Origin: Candidatus Tenderia sp.
Lineage (GTDB): Bacteria; Pseudomonadota; Gammaproteobacteria; Tenderiales; Tenderiaceae
Assembly (NCBI GenBank): GCA_031416075.1
Contig: JANOSY010000010.1
Span: 1 to 18,337, forward strand
DNA: 18,337 nucleotides
Direction of reading: 5' to 3'
The notes under the pieces: generated by a model
Told to the model about the DNA's origin: nothing
Databases searched by the model: none
The model's input: only the letters and a program-made list of their open reading frames with translations
Position numbers and translations under genes: made by a program
Part shown: positions 6,875 through 16,792 of the stretch, piece by piece
How positions within the stretch are numbered: the first letter of the stretch is position 1
Layout: each line of letters starts with the position of its first letter

Positions 6875-9800
6875 ATGCATCAACAGACATATCCAACCGA
6901 CCGGCTCATGCAACTGGATGCGTTGTTTACCGAAGTTCGTACCACTATTCTTGACCGCCAGCACCCGGTCAGCGGTCTGCTGCCTGCCAGCACAGCGGTA
7001 AATGGCCACGGAGACTACACCGACGCCTGGGTCCGCGACAACGTCTACAGCATCATCTCCGCCTGGGCATTGGGCATGGCCTATCGGCACGTCGACAGTG
7101 CCGATGCCCGCGCCTATGAGCTGGAACAATCCACCATTAAAAATATGCGCGGCCTACTGGCGGCAATGATGCGCCAGGCCGACCGGATTGAGCGGTTTAA
7201 AAGCTCCAACCAACCCATCGATGCATTGCACGCCAAATACAACACCGCTAACGGTGAGTCAGTGGTGGGCGACGCGGAGTGGGGCCATCTGCAACTCGAT
7301 GCCACATCCCTGTTTGTGCTGATGCTGGTGCAGATGACGCTGAGCGGCCTAGCCATTATTGCAACCCGTGACGAGGTCGACTTTGTCCAGAACCTGGTCT
7401 GGTACCTCTCCCGCACCTACTCCACCCCGGACTACGGTATCTGGGAGCGTGGCAACAAGATCAACCACGGCCAGCCCGAACTCAACGCCAGCTCACTGGG
7501 CATGGTGCTGGCGGCACTGCAAGCGGTAGATGGGTTTGATCTGTTTGGCAGCGACGGTGATGCCCATACCCGAATTTTTGTGCTGGCCGATGATATCGCC
7601 CGCACCGAAATGACACTCAATGCCCTACTGCCACGGGAGTCCGGTTCAAAAGAGGTGGATGCCGCCCTGCTCTCGATCATCGGCTTCCCCGCCTTTGCCG
7701 TACGCGCCCCGGCCTTGGTGAAGACCATTGATCAGTCGATCCAGGAAAAATTAACTGGCCGGTTTGGCTGCAAACGTTTCCTGCGCGACGGCCACCAGAC
7801 CGTAATTGAAGATGAAGAGTCGCTGCATTACGAGCCAGAGGAGCTGGAGCAGTTCGCCAACATTGAGTCCGAATGGCCGCTCTTTTTTACCTACCAGCTG
7901 ATTAACCACTGGTTTGCGGGCAAGACGGAGGCGGCGGAGCAGCTCAACCATCAACTGATGGCGCTGGCCGTGATACACGACGATCAACGACTACTGCCAG
8001 AGCTCTATTACGTCACCGAAGCAGATATCGACAATGAACGCAGTAATCCCGGCAGCAGTGAGCGGGTCGCCAACGAAAACCTGCCACTGGTCTGGGCACA
8101 GAGTCTATGGGTCGTCGGGCGGCTGCTGCTATCAGGGGCCATAGATATCAATGACCTTGACCCGATCAACCGCCGCCGCCACAGCAACAACCAAGTGATC
8201 AGTCGCGCCGTCTCCATCGCCCTGGTGGCTGAAACTGCAACCGTTGATCACGCACTGACCAGCATGGGTTCAAACAAACATACCCTGGTAGGCGCATCAA
8301 AAGTACGCATCAGCTCCGTCTGGGCGCTGGTAGAAAACCTCGCCGATCTCGGGGCCAACAGACGGCTGAGGCTCTCGGGCCGGCCGCGCCGCCGCGCCCT
8401 GGGACTCAGCACCGCCAAGGTCTATGAGATTGATGGCCAACAGTGGTTAATCGTACCGCAGCTATTTGATACCGATGACTTTTACCTGACCCAGGATCTG
8501 ACCCTGCTGGTCCAGGAGCTACGCTCCATGATCGAATATCTGCACCGTTACTGGCGTCAGCCCGGACGCCCCATCCTGACACTCATGATCAGCGATTGGA
8601 TGGTAGAGGCCCCCGATTTTGAGGTGCTGTTACACTTCATGCGCGATGAGTTAAACCGTGGCCTGGTGGATGGCGTACCTGTTCGTACAGACCGCATCGA
8701 CGCCCTGGTCTCACGCAGCCACCGCCGCCGACTGCCCGGCACCATCAAGGCGTGGGCACAGCAGCCGCCCACCCCCAGCCTCACCCCAGACACCGTCGCT
8801 ATCAACCCACAACACATCGACAACAATGCCAGCACCGCCCATCTCACTGACGATGAACTGCTACAGCAGTTTTTTACCACCACCGGAGTCAACAAACAGC
8901 TCGACATATTGATGCAGCTGGCTGCCCGCCACCCCAAACTTGACCTGCTGTTATTCAACCAAACACAGCAACAGAGTACCCTTGCGGGGGCAATCGACAC
9001 CCTGTTCCAACAGGCGCAACGGGCCCGCGCCTGGGGGGCGATGCGCCGCAGCGCCGAACTACTCGGCAAGGTGGATGCCTATCTCGACGTCGCCCTGATG
9101 GATCTGCTGGTGCGGCAAAAACGGCTCGCCGTTGGCCGCTCATATACCCGTCAGGCACTGATTACGGAGCCACTCTCAAACCGCGACATCCTCAGCAGAA
9201 TACGCCAATTTTGTAATGACGACCCCCGCGAACGGATACTGACACAAGAGCTGATTATCCATCTGGGCAGCTGGATTCGCGCCGAACCCAACCTCTTTAC
9301 GGATGTCATCACCCTGCGCATCGGCCCCCTGCTGCAAACCCTGATTGCACTCTACGCCCGTGAACACGAAGTGCCGCCCAGCCAGGCCTTTGACGCCCTG
9401 ATGGAGGAGTCCCCCAGCAGCATCAGCGGCAGATTGCGCGATGCACTAAGCTGGCGCGACAACTCATCACAACTGGAATCACTAAGACACGTTGATGGCC
9501 TAACCACCCTGGATACCGTTGTCTTTCGTGCCGAAGACAACCCCGAATCCAGCGCCGCCGACTGGTTTCAGTGGCGCTGCATAGAAGGGGCCATTGGCCG
9601 CCTGCCGGAGACCTTTTACAGCGGCGTGTGGCAACTGCTGGCCCACACCCCGGCACTGGTCATTGGCGACCGCTACAACCCCAGCAATACCCTTGATAGC
9701 GCGCTGTACCGCAGCCAATCCACCGCCGGTGAAAAAGATTTTGCCGTCGCCATTGAGCACATCCTCAACCGGATTGTCGCTCCCGAATACCGGGAGCTGG

Positions 9801-10087
9801 TGATCGAGGCGTTACAAGTACTGATACAGATCGTCAACAAAAACCCCGCCCTGCAGGTCAAAGATGCACTCATCATCGACGTCCTGATTGGACACGCCGT
9901 ACGGCTAGCCTGCCAGCTCAACAACCCCACCAGCCACAACCGTTATGATGAGTTTCGTGACCAGGCCTGGAGCGCCTTCTACCAGCGCCCACCCCATCAG
10001 GTCGCCTACTTCATCACCGAAGCGCTGGAGACCCTGCTCGGCATGGGCGAGCCACACACCCCGTCAACAGAGGAGAAGAGACCATGA
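6875..10087 (+). CDS. Glycoside hydrolase family 15 protein, phosphorylase kinase alpha/beta subunit-like (1070 aa)
   Basis: DAWVRDNVY, LHAKYN, WGHLQLDATSLF, PDYGIWERGNK, ELNASSLGM, LLPRESGSKEVDA, GCKRFLRDG and ESEWPLFF are conserved in PHKA/PHKB and their bacterial homologues. Start could be the later Met at 6908. Confidence 0.88.
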   Translation: MHQQTYPTDRLMQLDALFTEVRTTILDRQHPVSGLLPASTAVNGHGDYTDAWVRDNVYSIISAWALGMAYRHVDSADARAYELEQSTIKNMRGLLAAMMRQADRIERFKSSNQPIDALHAKYNTANGESVVGDAEWGHLQLDATSLFVLMLVQMTLSGLAIIATRDEVDFVQNLVWYLSRTYSTPDYGIWERGNKINHGQPELNASSLGMVLAALQAVDGFDLFGSDGDAHTRIFVLADDIARTEMTLNALLPRESGSKEVDAALLSIIGFPAFAVRAPALVKTIDQSIQEKLTGRFGCKRFLRDGHQTVIEDEESLHYEPEELEQFANIESEWPLFFTYQLINHWFAGKTEAAEQLNHQLMALAVIHDDQRLLPELYYVTEADIDNERSNPGSSERVANENLPLVWAQSLWVVGRLLLSGAIDINDLDPINRRRHSNNQVISRAVSIALVAETATVDHALTSMGSNKHTLVGASKVRISSVWALVENLADLGANRRLRLSGRPRRRALGLSTAKVYEIDGQQWLIVPQLFDTDDFYLTQDLTLLVQELRSMIEYLHRYWRQPGRPILTLMISDWMVEAPDFEVLLHFMRDELNRGLVDGVPVRTDRIDALVSRSHRRRLPGTIKAWAQQPPTPSLTPDTVAINPQHIDNNASTAHLTDDELLQQFFTTTGVNKQLDILMQLAARHPKLDLLLFNQTQQQSTLAGAIDTLFQQAQRARAWGAMRRSAELLGKVDAYLDVALMDLLVRQKRLAVGRSYTRQALITEPLSNRDILSRIRQFCNDDPRERILTQELIIHLGSWIRAEPNLFTDVITLRIGPLLQTLIALYAREHEVPPSQAFDALMEESPSSISGRLRDALSWRDNSSQLESLRHVDGLTTLDTVVFRAEDNPESSAADWFQWRCIEGAIGRLPETFYSGVWQLLAHTPALVIGDRYNPSNTLDSALYRSQSTAGEKDFAVAIEHILNRIVAPEYRELVIEALQVLIQIVNKNPALQVKDALIIDVLIGHAVRLACQLNNPTSHNRYDEFRDQAWSAFYQRPPHQVAYFITEALETLLGMGEPHTPSTEEKRP

Positions 10088-11112
10088 TTCTTGCAGGTGA
10101 TATTGGCGGCACCAAAACCCTATTGGCCCTGTATGACAACAGTGGCAAAACCAACCTCTACCAGCACCGCTACATCAGCAACACCTACCCGACCTTTGAC
10201 CAGCTGCTGCATGAGTTCCTCAACAGCGCCAAAAGCCACTGCACAGAACAGTTTAGCGCCGCCGGTTTTGGCATCGCCGGCCCCATCACCGGCCAACCGG
10301 GCAGACAACAGGTCAACGCCACCAACCTGCCCTGGACCATGGATAGCGCCGCACTCTCACACCAGCTCAACAACGCCCCCGTCATCTTCGCCAATGACCT
10401 GGTCGCCAGCGGCACCGCCGCCATCACCTCCACACCCCAACAGCGCATCAGCCTCAACACCCCAACCCATGGCCCCATCAACCCCCAGCAACATATCGCC
10501 GTCATTGCCGCCGGCACCGGCCTGGGCGAAGCACTCTTCTACTTCGATGGCCAGCGCCACCAACCCATGCCCACCGAAGGGGGCCACGGCTCCTTTGCCC
10601 CCAACAACCCTGTAGAAGATCAACTGCTCATCTACATGCGCAAACAGTTTGGCGGCCACGTCAGCTACGAACGCATCCTCTCCGGCAAAGGGTTTGTCCA
10701 CCTCTACAATTTTGCCCGCGACAGTGGCCTGGCCAGCGAAAACCCAAACGTCGCCGCAGAGATCGCCAAAGCCAACGACCCCAGCGTCACCATCACCCAA
10801 CACGGCTGCGCCGGCAGCGATCCACTCTGCATCATCGTCTGCCAACTCTTCGCCCGCCTCTACGGTGCAGAGGCCGGCAACCTCGCGCTCAAATCCCTAC
10901 CCTTTGGTGGACTCTTCATCGCCGGGGCCATCGCCGGACACATCCTGCCCTTCATGCAGAGCCAGTTCATGAGTGGCTTCCTCGACAAAGGCCGATTCAC
11001 AGAACTGCTACGCCAGATCCCCGTCTGGATCACCAGCGAGCCAACACTGGCCCTGCAAGGCGCGGCACAACTCGCCGCAGAACTAAGCTGCGTGGCGTAT
11101 AAAAACGGCTGA
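10084..11112 (+). CDS. glk: Glucokinase
   Basis: LAGDIGGTKT, GIAGP, TNLPW, ND catalytic Asp, GTGLG, EGGH and VSYERILSG. ATGA overlap with the upstream GH15 gene. Confidence 0.93.
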   Translation: MILAGDIGGTKTLLALYDNSGKTNLYQHRYISNTYPTFDQLLHEFLNSAKSHCTEQFSAAGFGIAGPITGQPGRQQVNATNLPWTMDSAALSHQLNNAPVIFANDLVASGTAAITSTPQQRISLNTPTHGPINPQQHIAVIAAGTGLGEALFYFDGQRHQPMPTEGGHGSFAPNNPVEDQLLIYMRKQFGGHVSYERILSGKGFVHLYNFARDSGLASENPNVAAEIAKANDPSVTITQHGCAGSDPLCIIVCQLFARLYGAEAGNLALKSLPFGGLFIAGAIAGHILPFMQSQFMSGFLDKGRFTELLRQIPVWITSEPTLALQGAAQLAAELSCVAYKNG

Positions 11113-11144
11113 CACATCAACCTCTAACAAAAAAACCAAAAATC

Positions 11145-11753
11145 ATGCTGCAATTTTATCTCTCTAAAACCCTGGCAGGTGACCTGCACAACCACCTTGC
11201 CGAACCACAAGCAGCGCTGCCCGGCGCAATGCAGTGGTACGGCCACCGGGTAACGGTGCAGAGGCGCAAATGTGTATTAATGATGGAGTTACAAAGCCGC
11301 TACTGCATCGTGTTTGCCGGCCTGACCAAACCCGATTTTGAAAACTTCACCGAGCTGTTTGTCGAGCGTGTATGGCGCGAAGCCGTCTCCATCTGCCAGC
11401 TCGATGATGACCAATCGGGACGACTGGCGCTGCTGGCCCGGCTGGTCGGCGAGCAAACACATTACCAGACAGGCTCAGACCGCAGCGTCCAAGCCCATCT
11501 ACGCCAGGCAGCGGATGATCTCTATTACATAACCAATCGGGCCGGACGCCTACCGGACAGCGCCGAAGAGCAGTTCGGTTGCGGCGTGAAGATCAACCAG
11601 ATGCTACGCAAATGCAAAGGTGACAAAGATTACTTTGTGCCGCTGAAACTATTTCGCTCTTTCTGGCTCAGCATGCTCGAGTTTGATCAGCAGCGGCAAG
11701 CTGAAAAAGAGCGTGAACTACCGGATAACGTGGTACCGTTTCGCCGCCGCTAG
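11145..11753 (+). CDS. Hypothetical protein, DUF6933-like
   Basis: W.GH...QRRKCVLMM...SRY.IVF.GL.K.DF and TGSDRSV patterns recalled from DUF6933-type proteins. Family call is from memory. Confidence 0.6.
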   Translation: MLQFYLSKTLAGDLHNHLAEPQAALPGAMQWYGHRVTVQRRKCVLMMELQSRYCIVFAGLTKPDFENFTELFVERVWREAVSICQLDDDQSGRLALLARLVGEQTHYQTGSDRSVQAHLRQAADDLYYITNRAGRLPDSAEEQFGCGVKINQMLRKCKGDKDYFVPLKLFRSFWLSMLEFDQQRQAEKERELPDNVVPFRRR

Positions 11754-11836
11754 AGGCTAATTTGATCATCTGCATTACGCGCCAGTTGTAGCCCATCAAC
11801 CTGTTTAAACAGATAGAGCAGACCGGAAAACTGACC

Positions 11837-12856
11837 ATGACCACCACACAACCCCCAGGCATCGCGCTTTACAACACCGAAGATGGTCAGGTTCATCTGG
11901 ATGTTCGCTTGCAGGATGAAAACCTCTGGCTCAGCCAGCGCCAACTGGCGGATCTATTCGAACGCTCAGTCAAAACCATCAACGAACACCTGCAAAACAT
12001 CTATGAAGAGGGAGAACTAACCCCAGAGACAACTATCCGGAAATTCCGGATAGTTCAGCCTGAAGGCACGCGGGACGTGGAAAGGCTGGTAGACCACTAC
12101 AATCTGGATGCGGTTCTTGCCGTCGGTTACCGGGTGCGCTCCAACCGTGGCACCCAGTTCCGCCAATGGGCAACTGGCACCCTCAAAGAGTATCTGGTCA
12201 AAGGTTTTGTCATGGATGACCAGCGCCTCAAAGAGGGGCGTAACCTCGGCACCGACTACTTCGACGAGCTGCTCGAGCGCATCCGCGACATCCGCGCCTC
12301 AGAGCGTCGGTTCTACCAAAAGATCACCGATATCTACGCCACTGCCGTGGACTACAACCCCAAGGCCCCGGTCAGCCAGGAATTCTTCGCCACCGTGCAA
12401 AACAAGCTGCACTGGGCCATCCATGGTCATACCGCTGCCGAACTAATCAAACAGCGCGCCGATGCCAACCAACCCAACATCGGGCTGCAATCCTGGAAAT
12501 CTGGCCGCGTCAGTAAGCAAGATGTCATCATCGCCAAGAACTACCTCAACCACGAAGAGCTAACCAGCCTCAACCGCATCGTCACCATGTACCTAGACTT
12601 CGCCGAAGATCAGGCCAATCGTCGTAAAGAGATGACCATGCAGCAGTGGGGCACCCGCCTCGACGCCTTTCTCGAATTCAATGACCGAGACGTCCTCACC
12701 AATGCCGGTAAGGTTTCGAAAGCCGTGGCAGAAAAACTGGCTCTGGAGCAATACGAAAAATTCGTTGAACTCCGGCGGCAATCGCTGGATCAGGAAAAAA
12801 GCGATTTTGATCGCTTCATCGAACAGGCCAAACAACTAGAAAAGAAGCAGGAGTAA
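11837..12856 (+). CDS. rhuM: RhuM-family protein (Virulence_RhuM)
   Basis: LWLSQRQLADLF, INEHLQNIYEEGEL, YNLDAVLAVGYRVRS.RGTQFRQWA, YFDELLERIRDIRASERRFYQKITDIYA and QNKLHWAIHGHTAAE. Confidence 0.92.
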   Translation: MTTTQPPGIALYNTEDGQVHLDVRLQDENLWLSQRQLADLFERSVKTINEHLQNIYEEGELTPETTIRKFRIVQPEGTRDVERLVDHYNLDAVLAVGYRVRSNRGTQFRQWATGTLKEYLVKGFVMDDQRLKEGRNLGTDYFDELLERIRDIRASERRFYQKITDIYATAVDYNPKAPVSQEFFATVQNKLHWAIHGHTAAELIKQRADANQPNIGLQSWKSGRVSKQDVIIAKNYLNHEELTSLNRIVTMYLDFAEDQANRRKEMTMQQWGTRLDAFLEFNDRDVLTNAGKVSKAVAEKLALEQYEKFVELRRQSLDQEKSDFDRFIEQAKQLEKKQE

Positions 12857-12868
12857 AAACAGTAGCTC

Positions 12869-13765
12869 CTACAAATACTTCAACCACGCCTGCTCAGTGA
12901 TAATCACCACCGGCAAACCCTTCTCCTTAAGCTTAATCGCCTTTTCAATCTTCCGGCCATGGCTGGAAAAACGCCAATCACGGCTGGCGAGGGCGCCTAT
13001 CACTAAGGCTGTCACCTCGTTAGTCACATCCCCTTTAACCGATGCACCCAAACGTTGTGCAGTTGATTCAACAGCAGAGCGAGAACCAGTGACAAATTTA
13101 CCGGTAAAACAGAGGCATTGACCAGTGTGAGAAAAAGAGCCCAGATGCTCCCCAAAAAACTCCGTCGACAATCCATGGGCCACCCCGGTCTCCTCAAAAC
13201 GCTGACCACTGATGCTTTTTATCGATTCCAGCAGGTCAGCACTCTCTTGCGGAGTAATTACGCCATCCTGCAAAACATCATTAAGACGCGACACCAATAT
13301 ATTGGCTGGCCACTCATTACACACCTCAGCATGGGCAGCCAGCCACTCACTAAGAGAGGCAATCTCCTGCTCGGTTAAAACACCATCCGACGTAATGCCA
13401 GATAAAAAACCGAGCAACTCGTTAAGCGAGCCCTCAGCAGAGAGATGTGCTAATTGTTTATACTCGATGATATCGACAATCAACTGATTCAGATCAGCCA
13501 ACTCTTCGTCATTGACAACACCATCCTGCAAAATATCGGTAATCAAATCCAGCAGATCCACCACATCACTATCCCGCTCGATAGTCTCCTGCGAACGCAA
13601 CCACACATCCAGAAACAGCAGCTCTCGCTCACTCAATCGCTGATCAGCAACAACACCTTCGAGGATTCCTTTAAGACCGAAGATTGCTTTTTCGCGATTG
13701 CGGGAGTGATTGAAGCCTTTGGTTAGGGGCTGGGCATGGGGATCTGCTGTTGAAATAGTTGGCAT
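12869..13765 (-). CDS. BRCT domain protein with a duplicated N-terminal helical (TerB-like) domain
   Basis: C-terminal ligase-type BRCT (CFTGKF...R...LGA...VT...LVIG...KIEKA...IITE..W). Two internal repeats: LKGILEGVVADQRLSERELLFLDVWL and LLGFLSGITSDGVLTEQEIASLSEWL. Confidence 0.8.
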   Translation of the reverse strand: MPTISTADPHAQPLTKGFNHSRNREKAIFGLKGILEGVVADQRLSERELLFLDVWLRSQETIERDSDVVDLLDLITDILQDGVVNDEELADLNQLIVDIIEYKQLAHLSAEGSLNELLGFLSGITSDGVLTEQEIASLSEWLAAHAEVCNEWPANILVSRLNDVLQDGVITPQESADLLESIKSISGQRFEETGVAHGLSTEFFGEHLGSFSHTGQCLCFTGKFVTGSRSAVESTAQRLGASVKGDVTNEVTALVIGALASRDWRFSSHGRKIEKAIKLKEKGLPVVIITEQAWLKYL

Positions 13766-13892
13766 TTAAAATTTCTTCTCTGTTTAAAACCGAATAATAT
13801 TTATACCTTTCTCGTTCTCATACCCCTGCGTCATTACAGAAATAATTAGGCAAACGCCGTGAATTCCCTCTGGAGCAAGAGAATCAGTTAAA

Positions 13893-15647
13893 TTATTTAG
13901 TCTGATATCTCCAACGCTTTGCTACTTGTGCAAGCTGCTCGGCAGTCATGGCTGGTTGTTGCCAGCCTTTATCAAAATCCACATCATTTGACCTAGGGAG
14001 TTGATCTTCCGCTAAATCTCTCAGCATAATTCTTGATGGTAAAGTTGCTGCTTGCCCCACAAATATAGCTTCCTGACGACGTAACCCAGAAAGCATTTTT
14101 GTCAGTCCTGACATAGAGTCTGGCAATATAGATCGCACATGCTCTCTATCTGCATCGTTTGTAATACGCATTACAATCCAGGAGTTACACTGCGATAATA
14201 CCGTAGCCTCTACTTCACTAGGCCGCTGAGAAACGAGTAGCAAACCTACACCATATTTACGACCTTCCTTTGCTATTCTGCGCACTGCATTCTGTGCTGC
14301 TTCATATTGTGCCTCACCTCTATTAGGCACATAGCGGTGTGCTTCTTCACAAACCAACAAAACAGGGTTATTACTGCGCTCTTCAGCTGTCTGCCATACC
14401 TTAAGTGAAAATATTGTTCTAGCAATTGCGGCACTTGCTGTACCTGCAACCTCATTAGGCACACCTGACAAATCCACAATTTGTACGGTGGTTCTATCAG
14501 TTAGGAATTGACCTAGAACACTTGGTAGGGGGTCATTTTCACCATCCCAAGGTTTCATCATGAAGGTGAGGCGTCCATCTTTTAACAACGAATCTATTTT
14601 CCTGATGACCTTATTGAAGTCCTCATGATCCTTCTTGTTTTTATTAGTGGGCCGCTGAGAGTTAATTTCACCAATTAGTCCAATACTGTATTGACTACCG
14701 CTTACGTCACCAAACTCATCCATGCCATTGGGATGTCCAATTAAATAAGGAATTGGTGAGTCAACAGTCAACTTATCCGGGTCAAGATCAAGCTTTTGAG
14801 CTGATTTCATTCTCACATTTATGAGGGAATTTTTTATAATATTTGACTGAGAAGTTGCCGCATATTCTGTTTTACCAATAAATAAACTAATTGTTTCTTC
14901 AAGATCGAGAAGCCAGTATGGCAAATTAAGGGATCCTTCATCAGTAGATAGCCGTTGATGCCCTTTAAAAGCCTGCCCATATTCATTATGTGGATCAAGG
15001 ATGATAATTTGAGGATGCCATTTGGAATGCCCTGCTTCTTCTCCCCTTTCCAACAGGCCATGAATAATCGCAGCGACAGTCCCCGACTTACCCGCCCCTG
15101 TTGAGCCTAAAACAGCAGTATGCTTACCAAGCAATTCGTTCATTTCAGCATAACAAGGTGCGCCACCAGAACCAACGTGCTCACCAAGACGAATTACAGA
15201 CCCTGTTGCCTCACCATAAATAAACCGTAATTCAGATTTTGGTGTGATGTAAACAGTTTGCTGAGGTAATGGATATGTTGCTATACCACGCTCAAATTGA
15301 AGTTTTACATTACCATTAGCATCTTTAACCCACTCGCCTTCACCGAAAAGGTCTGCTTCAATAATACGTTCATCTTTTGATGTTGATGCAATCACGCCCC
15401 TTTCTGCTTCAAAATCCGACTTCATTCGTAAGCGGCAAACCAAGCCATAGATTGAACGCCGCCCGAAGTGCACACGAATAATTGAACCAAATTGACCTAT
15501 CGGATAAGTTTCACCAGCATATACACGAGACAACTCAGAAATATCTTGGTTAATTTCAGCAATTAACCGCAAACCATCAACTTCAATGATTTTTCCAATG
15601 GCTAGATTTTCTATTGGATGCCCATAAACAGCATTTGCATGAATCAT
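13893..15647 (-). CDS. herA: HerA-family (DUF87/FtsK-HerA) ATPase with N-terminal HAS barrel
   Basis: Walker A HTAVLGSTGAGKS, IILDPHNEY, Walker B LLVCEEAHRY, arginine finger RIAKEGRKYG, SQRPSE and LSQCN. Confidence 0.93.
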   Translation of the reverse strand: MIHANAVYGHPIENLAIGKIIEVDGLRLIAEINQDISELSRVYAGETYPIGQFGSIIRVHFGRRSIYGLVCRLRMKSDFEAERGVIASTSKDERIIEADLFGEGEWVKDANGNVKLQFERGIATYPLPQQTVYITPKSELRFIYGEATGSVIRLGEHVGSGGAPCYAEMNELLGKHTAVLGSTGAGKSGTVAAIIHGLLERGEEAGHSKWHPQIIILDPHNEYGQAFKGHQRLSTDEGSLNLPYWLLDLEETISLFIGKTEYAATSQSNIIKNSLINVRMKSAQKLDLDPDKLTVDSPIPYLIGHPNGMDEFGDVSGSQYSIGLIGEINSQRPTNKNKKDHEDFNKVIRKIDSLLKDGRLTFMMKPWDGENDPLPSVLGQFLTDRTTVQIVDLSGVPNEVAGTASAAIARTIFSLKVWQTAEERSNNPVLLVCEEAHRYVPNRGEAQYEAAQNAVRRIAKEGRKYGVGLLLVSQRPSEVEATVLSQCNSWIVMRITNDADREHVRSILPDSMSGLTKMLSGLRRQEAIFVGQAATLPSRIMLRDLAEDQLPRSNDVDFDKGWQQPAMTAEQLAQVAKRWRYQTK

Positions 15648-16792
15648 AGCCCTCCCTCCAATATGGTGGTTATGTGCTCAAATTTCCACCAAGGCAGATC
15701 GTATTGTGATCTGCGTACATCTTTGTTGTGAAAAAAACCTCTATTTGCAAAGACCAGTACTTGACCTGTAATAACAGGGTCTTCATACCACTCCTTAAGT
15801 TTTCCAGTGGGCTCATTTTCATTAGTGAATGCTATAACAGTTAGGTCACCAGCAGATTTTCTTAATCCACGTTCAATCTCAATATTAATATGAGAATCGC
15901 CAAAACTATACCCACAAATCACTAAGACCCGCTGTGTACCTGGGCATGGATTAAATACACGTCGAGCACGCTCAATAAGCTGTGCGTATGGGTCTAATTG
16001 AGTTTCACGATATTTTGTTGAAGCAGGCCAAATAAGAATTCTTCGCTTTTCATGCCCTGAGAGATCTATATTTGAAGCAATCCTATGTGGCAAAGTACTC
16101 CCTGGTAATTCATGCCAATTAATTGATCCATGTAATTTATATACACGCGCGCCTAAATCATTACGATCAAATGTAGCAGGATTCCACCAGCCACTAACAC
16201 CACCATCCATACCATCAGAAAATGGTACTCTGGCAAGCGCCAGCGCATCCTCTATTAATGTGTCGTAATTAAGCACCAAGTAATCTACCAACTGGCCCAT
16301 TGATGCCTTACCTGGTCGTAAAGGGCGATGAATAGCCTCAATAAAAAGCTTATGAGTTGTAATTGATACTTTTTGATCAATTACATCAGCAACTGCTAAT
16401 TTTATTTCCTCTACAGCAACAGATAACTCTATTTCAGAGTAATTCTTCCCACCCAATGATAATATCTGTGATGTTGATTTTCGTGCAAAACGCCGGTTAG
16501 CAATTGCTAGCCAGTCCACTAGCTCACTTAAATAATCCTCGATATGTGCAGGAGGTATTGCATCGATAAAGTGAGCTTGAATTGCAGATAAAATGCTTTT
16601 TGAATTTATGCTTAGCAACTGACTTTCCAGTGCCTTTTGTGTAAGTTCTGCTGTCAGTGGAAGATTAGCGCATTTGCTACAGCCAGCGCCGAGTAAGAAC
16701 GCTCGGCCACTTTGTGATAAAAGCTCCTCTAACTTCTGGATAGCTTCATTAAATGGGTTTTCATATACAAAACTTAGTCCCTTGTCACTCAT
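15644..16792 (-). CDS. SIR2-like (SIR2_2) NADase effector
   Basis: FLLGAGCS, LNYDTLIE, YKLHGSINW, IWPASTKY and GYSFGDSHIN. The stop overlaps the herA start (ATGA). The ATG at 16792 has an AAGGA RBS; the ORF track uses the GTG at 16816. Confidence 0.92.
   Translation of the reverse strand: MSDKGLSFVYENPFNEAIQKLEELLSQSGRAFLLGAGCSKCANLPLTAELTQKALESQLLSINSKSILSAIQAHFIDAIPPAHIEDYLSELVDWLAIANRRFARKSTSQILSLGGKNYSEIELSVAVEEIKLAVADVIDQKVSITTHKLFIEAIHRPLRPGKASMGQLVDYLVLNYDTLIEDALALARVPFSDGMDGGVSGWWNPATFDRNDLGARVYKLHGSINWHELPGSTLPHRIASNIDLSGHEKRRILIWPASTKYRETQLDPYAQLIERARRVFNPCPGTQRVLVICGYSFGDSHINIEIERGLRKSAGDLTVIAFTNENEPTGKLKEWYEDPVITGQVLVFANRGFFHNKDVRRSQYDLPWWKFEHITTILEGGL

Noticed and set aside
10084-11112. 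Striking C/A-rich composition and a Pro/Ser/Thr-rich alternate-frame ORF (10091-10615) in glk
   Set aside because: Explained by C-ending codon usage and strand skew. No true tandem repeat.
12869-13765. NAD-dependent DNA ligase call
   Set aside because: Only the BRCT domain is shared. There is no adenylation or OB domain and the protein is far too short.
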